The translations under genes were made by a program, and so were the position numbers. A DNA stretch of 64,000 nt from Monocercomonoides exilis PA203 (lineage: Eukaryota > Protista > Preaxostyla): contig LSRY02000008.1 in assembly GCA_001643675.2 (NCBI GenBank), forward strand, positions 186,001-250,000, given 5' to 3'. The notes below the pieces were generated by a model. That model was not told where the DNA came from. It searched no databases and saw nothing but the letters and a program-made list of their open reading frames with translations. This document shows positions 24,092-36,429 of the stretch, in pieces; position 1 is the first letter of the stretch, and each line of letters starts with the position of its first letter.

Positions 24092-24723
24092 TTAATAATC
24101 AGTAATAATCACATCATCATCACTCACATCCATTTCAATTGAATCAGAACAACACATACCATCATACCTTTTATCGGAAACAGAATCAGCGAAACAGTCT
24201 TCAAGTGGTTGGCTAAATAATAAAGAATCAAAGGAATTAAAATCTGAATTATTATTATATGAAAAAGAATTTGAATTAATTGATGATTCTGAAAAAGAAC
24301 ATACCTGAGACATACCTGAGCTGTTCTTCACGTAGTCGAGTCTGTTAATAAACATAGAATTAGAATAAAAATTATCATTAAAATTATTTAACTTTTCATA
24401 GTTTTTCTTTTCAATTAATTTTAATCGGTTTTCTATCACTTTTTTCACATTTTTTCCGAATTTTCCTTTTTTCACACTATAAATTTCATTCAAATCATTT
24501 TCTTTTCTTTTAAATATCTTTCTAATTCTTTTATCTTCCACCATTTTTTCTTTACACATCATTTCATCCATCTCTTTTTCATCAAATGTGCTAAGAGCAG
24601 CCGAACAAAGTTTTCCATCATTATTTGAGAAATGCAAATAATTTTTCATTCCATTGAGAGTTAGCTCTCCCCAAATAGTATTTTCCATTTCTGTGTGTCT
24701 GAAAATTTTAATTAATTAATTAA

Positions 24724-24767
<44 letters not shown>

Positions 24768-27700
24768 AAAATTGAGTCAAATACTTTAAAAAGAAATGCT
24801 CCGTATTGCATTTTGTTTCAATTGATTTTGTCAATTGCAAAGAAGAAGCCGATGCTGACGAAGAAGAAGCTGATTCAAAAGAAGAAATATTTCTTTCAGA
24901 CAAAAAAATAGTTGAATTGTCGGAATCGATATTAAATAAATAAGTATGAAAATAACAACAATAAAAATCTATTAAATCATAAATAGTGTTAATTTCTTTG
25001 TTTCTTAAATAATGATTCAAAATGTTTGTTAACAATCCAAACTCACTGTCACAGTCGTTTTTACCGTGATGTTCGGCAAAAAACGACAATGAACAATGTT
25101 TGTTTTTAAACAAAATTGAATTTGGAGAAAACAATGAATACAAAATATGCGAATTACGGAAATGTGGACCATTATCACAAAAAAAAACAAAAATTATTAA
25201 CCTTCATAAAAATATCAAAACGTAACAATTTATTCAAACATTCCAAAACAAAACGGTAATCATGAGATAAAATCTCAGAAAAAAAATTAAAACAACATTT
25301 TTTCATTTTTCCATAATTATCAAGACAATACACAACAAAACATAAATGAGAAATCTGTTTCTTTTCAAAAAAACTTCTTCCAGTTTCATTAAAAGAAATT
25401 GGGAGAGACCAATTTTCTTTAAAATCCATTAATATAACACATTCATTCATTTTCAAATTATTTCTTTTAAAATTAAAAAAGTCTCTCTGGCTTTGTGCCA
25501 TTTTCTTATGCTCATTTATCAATCTTATTTCTTCTTTTTCTTCCTCTTTCAACTCTTTCTTGTTTTTTCTCAATTCTTTTTCTTTGTTTGTTAAAAAATC
25601 TCCTCTCACACACAACTCACAAAGATCAGTACGTTTTTTTGCTTTTTTGAAGTTTTTTGTCTTTTTGCAGAAAGAAGAATAAGACATTTTTATTTCAACT
25701 TCTTTTTTCATATCAGAATATAATTCTTTTTTTGTTTTCTCAATAATTCTTTTTTCTGAGAAGGAGAATATTTTTTCTTTGTTAAATTTTTGATATCCTT
25801 AGTTTTTTTCTTTATTATTAATATCTTCTTTATTTTTTTCTTCATTGTTTTTATCTTCTTTATTTTTTTCTTCATTGTTTTTATCTTCTTTATTTTTTTC
25901 TTCATTGTTTTTATCTTCTTTATTTTTTTCTTCATTGTTTTTATCTTCTTTATTTTTTTCTTCATTGTTTTTATCTTCTTTATTTTTTTCTTCATTGTTT
26001 TTATCTTCTTTATTTTTTTCTTCATTGTTTTTATCTTCTTTATTTTTTTCTTCATTGTTTTTATCTTCTTTATTTTTTTCTTCATTGTTTTTATCTTCTT
26101 TATTTTTTTCTTCATTGTTTTTATCTTCTTTATTTTTTTCTTCATTGTTTTTATCTTCTTTATTTTTTTCTTCATTGTTTTTATCTTCTTTATTTTTTTC
26201 TTCATTGTTTTTATCTTCTTTATTTTTTTCTTCATTGTTTTTATCTTCTTTATTTTTTTCTTCATTGTTTTTATCTTCTTTATTTTTTTCTTCATTGTTT
26301 TTATCTTCTTTATTTTTTTCTTCATTGTTTTTATCTTCTTTATTTTTTTCTTCATTGTTTTTATCTTCTTTATTTTTTTCTTCATTGTTTTTATCTTCTT
26401 TATTTTTTTCTTCATTGTTTTTATCTTCTTTATTTTTTTCTTCATTGTTTTTATCTTCTTTATTTTTTTCTTCATTGTTTTTATCTTCTTTATTTTTTTC
26501 TTCATTGTTTTTATCTTCTTTATTTTTTTCTTCATTGTTTTTATCTTCTTTATTTTTTTCTTCATTGTTTTTATCTTCTTTATTTTTTTCTTCATTGTTT
26601 TTATCTTCTTTATTTTTTTCTTCATTGTTTTTATCTTCTTTATTTTTTTCTTCATTGTTTTTATCTTCTTTATTTTTTTCTTCATTGTTTTTATCTTCTT
26701 TATTTTTTTCTTCATTGTTTTTATCTTCTTTATTTTTTTCTTCATTGTTTTTATCTTCTTTATTTTTTTCTTCATTGTTTTTATCTTCTTTATTTTTTTC
26801 TTCATTGTTTTTATCTTCTTTATTTTTTTCTTCATTGTTTTTATCTTCTTTATTTTTTTCTTCATTGTTTTTATCTTCTTTATTTTTTTCTTCATTGTTT
26901 TTATCTTCTTTATTTTTTTCTTCATTGTTTTTATCTTCTTTATTTTTTTCTTCATTGTTTTTATCTTCTTTATTTTTTTCTTCATTGTTTTTATCTTCTT
27001 TATTTTTTTCTTCATTGTTTTTATCTTCTTTATTTTTTTCTTCATTGTTTTTATCTTCTTTATTTTTTTCTGCGATATAAAATACAGAATAGATTTTTAT
27101 TAATAAGAAATATTATTGAAGAAGAAAGGATCACACTTTTTTTTGAAATTCTATCGTTTTGACAACTACAAGAACTATGGGCTAAAAGCCAACTTTCTGC
27201 CAATGTGAAATCATTTGCTTTTTAAGAAAGAAAGAAATAAAGAAAGAAAAAGAAAAATAGAAAATTTAACACATTTCATATAAGAAAATCAAACCTTTTT
27301 GTAAGCTTTTTTCTGACATTTCAAACTGTTTTTCTTCGTTTGGATCACAATGTTTTCTTCTTGAGTAATAATACTCTGCTTTCGTAATATTCCATCCGGA
27401 GTTTTGCAACTCCTGGAAGGAAAAATCAGAAGAAACTGAGTTCAAAATGCAGACTTTGGCATTGGTTTTTGACGAATTGTACAGCTACAATAATTTGTTT
27501 AATATGTTCGTGGTTTTTTCTTTATATGCGAAGAAATCATAAAAAATTGAAAGATAAAATAAACCAATGGATCACAATGAAATAAGTGAAAATAAAATTA
27601 AAAACAAACTATTAAAGAGAGCAAAAATCTCATCGCGAAACGGTTTTCCTTTTTTGGAGTGGTATAGGAAATTTAAAAAACACCCTTTGGGGTCATCTTC

Positions 27701-27793
27701 CGCAAGATATATCAATAAGTCGTAGATTTTTGTAGAATGACGGCTTTTTGTGGAACGAGGACGAAGAGAATAATCATTTTTTCCAGTCTGCAT
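24092..27793 (-). mobile_element. Intron-containing Sola-like (DDD) transposase gene, disrupted
   Basis: Motifs TDLCELC, MDFKEN, SEILSHD, CDNGPHFRN and FFAEHHGKNDCD. At least four GT-AG introns restore one frame. Lesions: TAG at 27485-27487, TAA at 25799-25801, and one extra base in the A9 run at 25179-25187. TIRs were not identified. Confidence 0.7.
25822..27070. repeat. Perfect 30-bp minisatellite, about 41.5 copies (TATCTTCTTTATTTTTTTCTTCATTGTTTT)
   Basis: Directly visible. It reads (EDKNNEEKNK)n in the spliced transposase frame on the minus strand. Confidence 0.97.
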
Positions 27794-28140
27794 CTGATTA
27801 TTTGGATAATGGTTTTAATACCTTCATAAGTTTTTTTCAAACATTGATTTCACTTTTTAACCTTCTTCTTCTCCTGCTTTTTCTTTTGGGTGATTTCTTT
27901 ATTGCACATGAACTCACTTTTTTTGTATATCGCAGGATTATATTTTCATTCAAAATATCGCAGCCGATGTATCGTCGTAAGTTTTGTAATATTATACCAA
28001 ATTGAAGTTTCGTGCAGTTTACAATATCATCTTTTTTTTTTGCAGAAAATCAATGAAAATATCTGCTTGTTCCAATGTTAATAAGAAAAAACCTTACTCT
28101 TCAGCAGTGCTTTAACTTGCATGCGTGCAACTTAACAGTG

Positions 28141-29010
28141 TACACAAGCATCTCAAACATTCTCAGGCTGTCGCAGATCATCAATCAAAGTTCTTCGCGA
28201 ATATAATTTAAGGTGCGTCATCCTTATTCATTTGTTCTCATGGAACCAAAACCGTATCTGAATGAAATCAAAGAGATAATTCAATATCATCAGGTGCTTC
28301 AGAATCTGACACGACTTGCGTACCAGTCTGCTTGGGAGCTTTTGATCAAGAGGTTACACGAAGAAAGAGAGCTGGAGTGTGTTATTGGGAATGAAATGCA
28401 TTTTGTGAGAGAAGTTAAAAGAGAATTTGAAGAGTTGGCAAGAAATGTGGATTTGAAGAGAGAGAAAGAAGGAATAGGAAAAAATAGGAAAAGAAGAGAA
28501 AAAAGAGCTTATTATATTGAGATGGATCGTAACATTGAAGATTTATTTTTGCTGTTGTCGGTCGAGGAATGAAGAATACGTTGGTCTTTTCAGCAGAATT
28601 GTTCATGTGTCTCGAGCGGCAAGAGAAAATCAAAGAGAGATTTGCGATTGGGTGCATTTATTCCTTGAGAATTGCAGCAGAAAGAACAGTTGTGAAAGAT
28701 GAAGCGCTTCTTTGTGACGGAGCTGTTGATGCTGTTTTGGAGTGGATACAGCGTCCAACATTGGATGACAAGATGGCATATGAATGCTTCACATTTTTTC
28801 AAAATTTTTTATTGGAGATTTAAAGTTGAGGAGAAAGATGAAATAGAAGAAGCGAAAAGAAAAGAGATGAAAAGGAAAGCGCTTGAAAAGATGGAAGAAG
28901 AAGGATACGAGGATTGTATCATCGGATTGCGCTGTTACATTAACAAGGGGGAATTTGGGGAAAATATTTTGTTAATAATAGAAGAATTGTTTGTTCGTGT
29001 TAGAATATAA
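28141..29010 (+). pseudogene. 5'-truncated, frameshifted member of an expanded helical-repeat gene family
   Basis: Three overlapping ORF fragments (YLNEIKEIIQYHQ...AYQSAW; GAVDAVLE; KRKALEKMEEEGYED) that join only through frameshifts or stops. Confidence 0.65.
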
Positions 29011-30411
29011 AAATAGTTTATTGATTATTTTTTTTTTTGTCTTTTCACTTCATTCATCTTTGAATAATTCATTTGTCCTCTTTTTTTAATGTTCGAGATA
29101 AAAAGATTTGCATGTTCATGAATGATGTTTTTCTGAAATGTCAATCAAAAGATTAAAAACAAAAACTTAATAATGCGTTTTATTTATCAAAAATGAGTGT
29201 CGATGAAAGATTATTATTTCTCAAGTTTGTATATTTTCTCGATTGTTAAATTCTTACAAAAATCTTGCTGTTCTTCAGACAAAATCACTAGCCTGCAAAG
29301 AAGCACCAGAAGATTGTTAACAGAAGATGTCTTGTTCATTCCCCATTCCCACTCCTATTCCTCTCCCACTGCTTTCAATGCTGTTGTTGTTGCTTTTTTT
29401 GCTATTTGCAGAATCACTTGATCCACCTTTATTATCACTTGCATAAGGACTTCTATTATCTTCACAATTTCTATTGCTATTCTCAGTTTCATTAGCATAG
29501 ATGTGAGAAGAGAGCGAGTCTGCTGAGTAATTCGTCACAACAGCACAAAACAAGGAGGCAGCTTCACTGGTGAGAAGGATGAGATGGGCATTGAAACGAG
29601 TATTGGTCGATACAACAACAGAAATTGGGACTGATAATCTGAGTAGAGCACGAAAGAGAGATTAAAGATTTTCAGCTGCACTGCGGCTGAGAATCTGTCG
29701 AGGAAGATGGACAGGTGCTAGAAGGCAAGAGTTGAGGGAGAAGAAGACGAGGAAGAGAAAGACCATGAAGAAGATGATGATTTAAAAGGGAAGCCCGAAG
29801 AAGAAGATATGGAGAAAAAGCAGTGACAGCAAAAGAAAACGAAGAAGATGAAGATTACATAGGAGACGAATGAGGGAAAAAATGGAGGAATAGAAATAAT
29901 GAGATGCGCTCAGAACAGCAGTGGATGGAATTGATGATGCCTGTGATAAAGACGAAGGAGAAAACGGAGGAGAGCGCAACGACACAGGCGACACTGGAGA
30001 CATTAGAGACACCGGTGATGAAAGCTATACAGGAGAGATCGAAGAAGACTGAAAATGTGAAAGGGAATGTGTGGATGTGTTGACAGCTTTCGCAGGCTCA
30101 GAAAGTGCATCCAGATAGCGCAATGGATCAGGACGAGAGGGAAATGCAGCATTGCCTGTCTTTTGGAGTGATGTCGATTAATGCACACTGCACACAGCGG
30201 CAGCCGACATGCTTTGTATTGTGGTGTTTGTGGTGTTACCAGCAGTTGACACACTTTTCGCTGATGTCATTTCCATCTTCCCACTCCTTCCTCTCCTTCC
30301 TCTCCTTCCTCTCCTTCCTCCTCTTCTTCTTCTCCTTCTTCTTCTCTTTCTTCTTCTTTTTCTTCTCAACAAGACAGCAGACTGCAGCGAAACAAAAAAG
30401 GAGAGAAAGAA

Positions 30412-31532
30412 ATGGCATCTTCTTCTATTGCAGCAGCACAGCTGTCGTCGATGAGATACAAAGTGTCCTCCTTCACAACGCCTTCTGAGCGTCTGGGACT
30501 TGTTGTGCTGGGCGTGCACGAAGCGCTCCTCTTATCTGTGATGCACAACTCGTCTCCTGTTGTCCTCGCATCGGCTGCTCAAGCACTGTCTGCCTTGGTG
30601 CGTGCAGTGACGGTGAAGGAGAAGTCTGCCTCTCTTCTGCTGAGAGCATCCAACACCGCAAAGATGCTCCTGTTCCATGCGCCGAGAGACGAGGCGCTGC
30701 TATCGTCGGTCTTTCGGCTGCTGACGGAGGTGTGTGATGCCAATGTCATCCTCACTGAGAAGGCATTCATCTGCTCGCCAGATGCGGCCAAAGAAACAAC
30801 TGAGACAGCAATTGTTAGTCAACAAACGGTGGCACAGCAGAAACACTCTCATTCCTCAAGTGCTTCATCATCAACAACATCATCATCTCCTCCTCCTCCT
30901 TCTTCTTCTTGTTCCTCTTCCTCCTCTTCTCGTTCTCTTTCTCTTCATCCTCATTTGGGTCGCACAAGCACTTATCAGCGGCTGAATGCCCTTGCAGCAA
31001 AAGTGCATGAAGACATAACGCCAGGCGCTGCTGAACAGTATGAAAGGAATGTGGAAAGAGGAGAGAATGCGAGGAAGGAGAAAGAAGAGAAAATGAAGAA
31101 GAGAGAAGAAGAAGAAGAAGAAGAAGAAGAAGGCTGGACAAAAGGAAAGAACAGCAAAGAATGAGAAAGCAAAACAAGAGTCGGAAACATCAAGTGACTC
31201 TATACAGAAGAAAGCTGATAATTCTTCACAAATAATTTCTTCTTCTTCTTCTTTATCATCCTCTTTTTCCTTTTCTTCCTCTTCTTCTTCTTCCTCTTCC
31301 TTTTCTTATCCATTTATTGTTCCAGATGAAAATGGAGGAGAAGAAATCGAAGAAGACGAGGAAGAGGTTTATGATAATGAAGAAGAGGAAGAAGAAAGAA
31401 AAAGAAGAAAAGGGAGAAAAGGGAAAAGGGGAAGGAAAAGAAAAAGCGCAAGTGAAATTGATGGCAGAAGAGTAGAAGAAGGATATGGAGATGAAGAAGA
31501 AGATGAAGACAATGATGAAGAAAACGAAGAAG
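30412..31532 (+). pseudogene. HEATR6/DUF4042-like fragment plus acidic tract; 5' part of a gene interrupted by the element at 31533
   Basis: SFTTPSERLGLVVLGVHEALLLSV...LASAAQALSALV resembles the HEATR6 conserved block (from memory). In-frame stops follow 31164. The E-rich frame resumes at 36431. Confidence 0.4.
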
Positions 31533-32362
31533 GGCATAGGTGTATTTAAGGTCCTTTTCCATTACTAGATTATTCATTAAAACATTATGATATATAAAAA
31601 GTAGATTTAATAATAAAACATTTGTATGGACTGGATTTTTGAAATTCTTTTTAAATCTTGTGAAAAAGCGATTTTTAAAAATCACCCATAAATCTGAGTA
31701 TTTTTCCAAAAAATATATAAAACAAGATAATTATGAAACAAAAAGTGGATTAAAGGTTATTAATTATTATCTACTCTTATTATATTAATGATTTTTCAAA
31801 AAATAAAACATTAAAAAAATAAATTATATAATTAAGATGTTTTGATCAACCCCACAATTATATTTTTTATATCTAGTAAATTAGAATTTGCTTTCTTTCG
31901 TCAAGAATTGAACCCTCGCTTTCGAACATATAACAAATCATATATATAAATATAGTTTTAAAGTGAATGTTGAATTATTATCAATGTGTCATTAAAATCT
32001 TTATGAATTTTGTTTATGATTTTAAAGATGAAAACTTTTGTGCAGCGGTTGGATATTCTATTTAAACCATGTTGATAATGAATATCGAAGCTCTTACAAA
32101 GTGTGCGAAACTTTCTCATTAATAATAAACACTGTTTCATTAAAATTTTTGACAAAACTCATAAAATATCATTTATTTTCGTTTAAGCATAACGAATATT
32201 GAAGTCGAGGCTATAATCAACATAGCGGCATCAGAATAAGAGGAAGAGAAATTAAGATAGATAAAAGAAACGAATAATAAAAGACACACGCAGTTAAGTT
32301 AAAGGTCAATGCCTACTCTACATAAGCTCTAAAAGATATTTTTTGAATGAGACAATATTGGA

Positions 32363-34232
32363 TTGAAGAACAATTTAATGAAATTCCAGTTTAATCTTTG
32401 GGAAGGCCGTAATGCACGGATGAATGCGATTTATGGAATTGATGGTTGTAACCACACAAATGATGCAGATCTTATTGATTTTGTTACGATCCATCAGAGC
32501 GAAATGGTCATTGTGAGCAGTGGGAATGAATTGAACGGGAAGCAATGTTGAATTAACACATTTCCATATGATTCGATTGATTATGGACTGATGCATTTAA
32601 CTTCAGATTTCATGAGTCTGATGCTCATTGTTGAGGAGAGTGTGATTTGTGAAGAGATAAATCTGGAGGAGATGAGTTTGAGCTCGAAGAGCAGAGGCTT
32701 ATGTGAGGTTAAAGTGAAAACTGGTATTGAAAAAACAAAGGATGCATTGGTTACAACAACCGGAACAGTCTCATTGGTGAGAATGAGTTTTGTGTTTGAT
32801 TCGAATTTCATTTCTTCACATGAATCGCTGATATCACCAGAGGGAATGATTCTAGAAATAATGAATTGCTCATTTGACTCAAAACAGTTGATGGAAGAAG
32901 AAAAAGTTGCTTTTGCATATGTTCAGTTCCACATAATTAAAATGGATAATGGAGAATTACAACTTGATGGATGCACTATATCAAATCTCATTCTTCATAA
33001 ATCGATTTTATATCTTTCATCTTCACTTCTGTCAACAGTTGATTCGATAACGATTTGCAATTCAACAATCTCTCATTCACTTATTGAAATTATTGAATGC
33101 GGACAATTAAAAATGGACAGATTTAATACTGAAAACATTTCAGTTGAGGGAAATGGAGAATCACTGATATCGTGCCTGTCAATGAAAAAGACAATTCAGT
33201 TGACAAATTGCACAATTGGTGGAGTCAGTTCAAACACCGCAAAAGGAAAATTGATAAAACTGGAGAATTGCACAGATGTGAAAATGGACAGTTGCATTTT
33301 TAATGGAAATTCAAAGGAAAGAAACGAGAAGAATTTGAATGAAGGGGAAGAGATGTGCAGATGGTCAGGATCTCTTGTTGATGTTGTAAAGAGTTCTTTA
33401 ATTATGAAAGTTTCAACATTATCAAATTCACCAGATGGTGGAGTCACAATGAGTGGAGGAAATGTTATAATTGTTAAAGGAGAGTTTATAAATAACAATC
33501 CATCCATTGAAGGATATTCATCAGTGAGAAGGAATATCATTTGCACAGATTCAGGAACATTGAATGTGATGAGTTTGAAGGGAGGAGATGGATTGAAGGA
33601 TAACACATCTCTTTGGATGTTGAATGAAGGGTGCAGTTTTGAAGGGATTGTTTCTGAGAGAGATTCATCATTTTTCATTCCTGTTCTGGAGAGTATAGAA
33701 GCCAAAGAAGAGATTGATTGAATGAAGCTTTCATTCAAAGGATTGCTTCTTGTTCCATGCAATCTGTCATTCTCAGTTGTGAAGAGGAATGGAGAAGAGA
33801 AGGAGATTGAACATTATGATTTTGACTCAATTGGATTCTTGTCAGAAAGAGAAGCAGAAGGGAGCGTGGCAAAAGATCTCCTCAACAGTTGTGGAGATGA
33901 AATTGAAGTGAGTGTTTCAATTTTGTTTGGGAATTCAAATACTCTCTTCTCAACAAATTCATTCATCCTGAAGAATGCAAGTGAAACAAATGCAAATGGA
34001 AATGAAAGGATTGTTGAAGGAGGAAAAGAAGGAAAATCTTATTGGTTGTTGATTGTTATAATTATGCGTATCACATTGACAATCGTTCTTGTTGTATCCG
34101 TTGTTCTTACATTCGGTGAAGGAAAGTGAAGGAAAGAAATGAAGAATTGCAAGAGGTTGTGAATGAAACAGTGAAAAAAGATCCGGAGCTGATTGAGATT
34201 GTGACTACGAATATGTCACCAAAAGAGCGATG
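32363..34232 (+). pseudogene. Cargo: fragment of a receptor-like gene (ectodomain, TM, juxtamembrane), kinase-like region missing
   Basis: Homologous to 48650-50649 (SSFFIPVLE; ERIVEGGKEGKS; TM; NETVKKDP). In-frame TGA at 32549-32551 and 33719-33721; frameshift near 34110. Confidence 0.8.
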
Positions 34233-34242
34233 AAAGAGAGAG

Positions 34243-34273
<31 letters not shown>

Positions 34274-34497
34274 AAGAAAGAGAAAGAAAGAAAGAGAGAG
34301 AGAGAGAAAGAGAGAGAAAGAGAAAGAAAGAAAGAAAGAGAAAGAAGAGATAGAGAGAGAGAAAGAAAAAGAGAGAGAGAGAGAGAGAGAAAGAAAGAAA
34401 GAAAGAGACAGAAAGAGAAAGAAAGAGAGAGAGAGAGAAAGAGAAAGAGAAAGAGAAAGAAGAGAAAGAGAAAGAGAGAGAGAGGAAAAAGAAAGAA

Positions 34498-34534
<37 letters not shown>

Positions 34535-34575
34535 AGAAGAAGAAGAAGAAGAAGAAGAAGAGGAAAAGGAGAGAG
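34233..34575. repeat. GA/GAAA/GAA-rich simple repeat at the junction of the two cargo fragments
   Basis: Nearly purine-only tract on the plus strand. Confidence 0.85.
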
Positions 34576-35450
34576 AGGCGATGCATGTGGAGGAAGGGGA
34601 GATGGAGAAAATGAAAGGGGTTGGTCAACAAGCTCAGGAGTTGCCGAGCAGCTTGGCAAAGGATTGTCTGAAGCAGAAAGATGCGCATTCTGTTGTTGAA
34701 GCAACCGAAGTGGCAAAGAAGAGGAGGAAGAGGAGGAAGAATTAGACAACCATTGAGTTGAACCATTAACCAAAGCAGGTCCATCCCCTTCGTGTCCATG
34801 TCTGTCTCTGCTTTGGCTTCTGCATCTGTCTCTGCCCCTGTTTCTGCTGCTAGCGTGCTCACAAACTGTGGGTTGTCCTTCGGAAAAGGAGAGGGCGGAA
34901 GAGATTCCTTCTCAAACCGATGCTCGCTCGCAAACAGCTGCTCTGCAGGCACAATTATGTCCATCCGCTTCGCTTTGTTCCTGGGGGAACAAGATGATGC
35001 AGCCATCTCAGCTCCATGTGAACGCTCATCAGAGCAGTTGTGCCTGCGATGCTGCCTGTTGACTCCCTGTGAATGATGATGATGATGATGGTCAGACGGC
35101 AATTGTGGCTGCTGCCGAGATTGTTGTTGAGATTGTTGCTGCAGCATTTGCCGGGACTTGTGGCACTGTTTGCTGCCTTGATTGCTGTGATGGTTGTGGT
35201 GTTGGTGGTGGTGGTGGTGATGATGATGCAATTGATGTGGATGACAATCTTGAGGAGCGCGTGCATGTCCATTGCCTGTGTTCATTTTCGTCTTTGACTT
35301 CAATTTCTCTTTCTGTGGTGATGGACCTGTTCCAGTTTCTGTTTCATGTCGCTGTTGTGTTGCTTTCAGAGCGCGATGTTCGCATGAACAAGTCGAAGAA
35401 GAAGATGATGATGATGAAGATGATGATGAGGAGGAGGAGAAGTGATGCAA
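34576..35450 (-). pseudogene. Second cargo fragment: His/Gln/Ser-rich coding-like sequence
   Basis: Higher-GC open frame with poly-S, poly-H and Q-rich tracts, unrelated to the receptor gene, lying inside the TIRs. Confidence 0.45.
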
Positions 35451-36429
35451 TTTTTGAAAAAGGAAATAAAGTTGACAGAGTTTCTGGTTATCATTGAATT
35501 AACAAAACTTTTGTTATTATTTTTGAATGATCCAACAATTGAAACATCTATTTGATAGATATACCTAGAAAAAGAGCACTTGGTATGCGTTCAATGAAAT
35601 AACAATTTGGATTTCGGAGTGAAAAAAACTGTTTTCACAATTTTTATTTACATTTTATTTTTTTTGTTAAAAGTATTATTATTTTTAATCTATTCATTTA
35701 ATAAATAAAAAAGCTACAAAAATATGAAAAGTTACTGGTATTGACCAAAAAGAAAACAATTATCATCCGTATTTTGCTGAAAAAAGCAATAAATTGAAAA
35801 TGAATAAATCAAAACAAATCAAATGAACTTTAAAAAAAGTTATAATCTTATAAAAAAACATTCATTATCAATAGTGATCGTTCATCAATGCATATTTGAG
35901 AAGAAAGCCAATAAATATTAACAAAAAAATCCTTTGTAATTCAATGAAGCTATGAAAAAGCAGTTTGAGTGAATTTTAACATGGAATCACCTGCGTATAA
36001 AAGTTTAAATATATATGGAAAAGAAAAGGTGGCATCGGAACACTTTGACATTGTGAAAAATAAAAAAAAGCAAATACTAATTTTTTGGTTATTAAAAATA
36101 TAATTGTGGGATAGATCAAATAATTTTATAGTTTTAATTTATTTTTCAAAATGTTTTATTTTCTGAAAAATCATTAATATAATAAGAGTAGATAATAATT
36201 AATAACCTTTAATCCACTTTTTGTTTCATAATTATCTTGTTTTATATATTTTTTGGAAAAATACTCAGATTTTTGGGTGATTTTTAAAAATAGTTTTTTC
36301 TCAAGGATCAAAAAGAATTTCAAAAATCCAGTCCATACAAATGTTTTATTATTAAATCTACTTTTAATATATCATAATGTTTTAATGAATAATCTAGTAA
36401 TGGAAAAGGACCTTAAATACACCTATGCC

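Larger units (their letters stand above)
31533..36429. mobile_element. Non-autonomous TIR DNA transposon (Merlin/IS1595-type ends) carrying host-gene fragments
   Basis: Termini are GGCATAGGTGTATTTAAGGTCCTTTTCC on both strands. Imperfect TIRs of about 350 bp (31533-~31900 / ~36062-36429). Exact 8-bp TSD CGAAGAAG at 31525-31532 and 36430-36437. No transposase inside. Confidence 0.92.

Noticed and set aside
25822-27070. CRISPR-like array
   Set aside because: The units are head-to-tail with no spacers, no cas genes are present, and the context is eukaryotic.
25708-27103. ORF-track proteins (MKKKIKKIKT)n, (FFIVFIFFIF)n and (SLFLSSLFFS)n
   Set aside because: These are alternative frames of the minisatellite. 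Splice phase supports only the EDKNNEEKNK frame.
28132-28142. TTAACAGTG-TA as the Sola-like element terminus (similar CACTGTTAA at 60489)
   Set aside because: No matching end was found on the other side of the transposase, and a 9-bp match can be chance.
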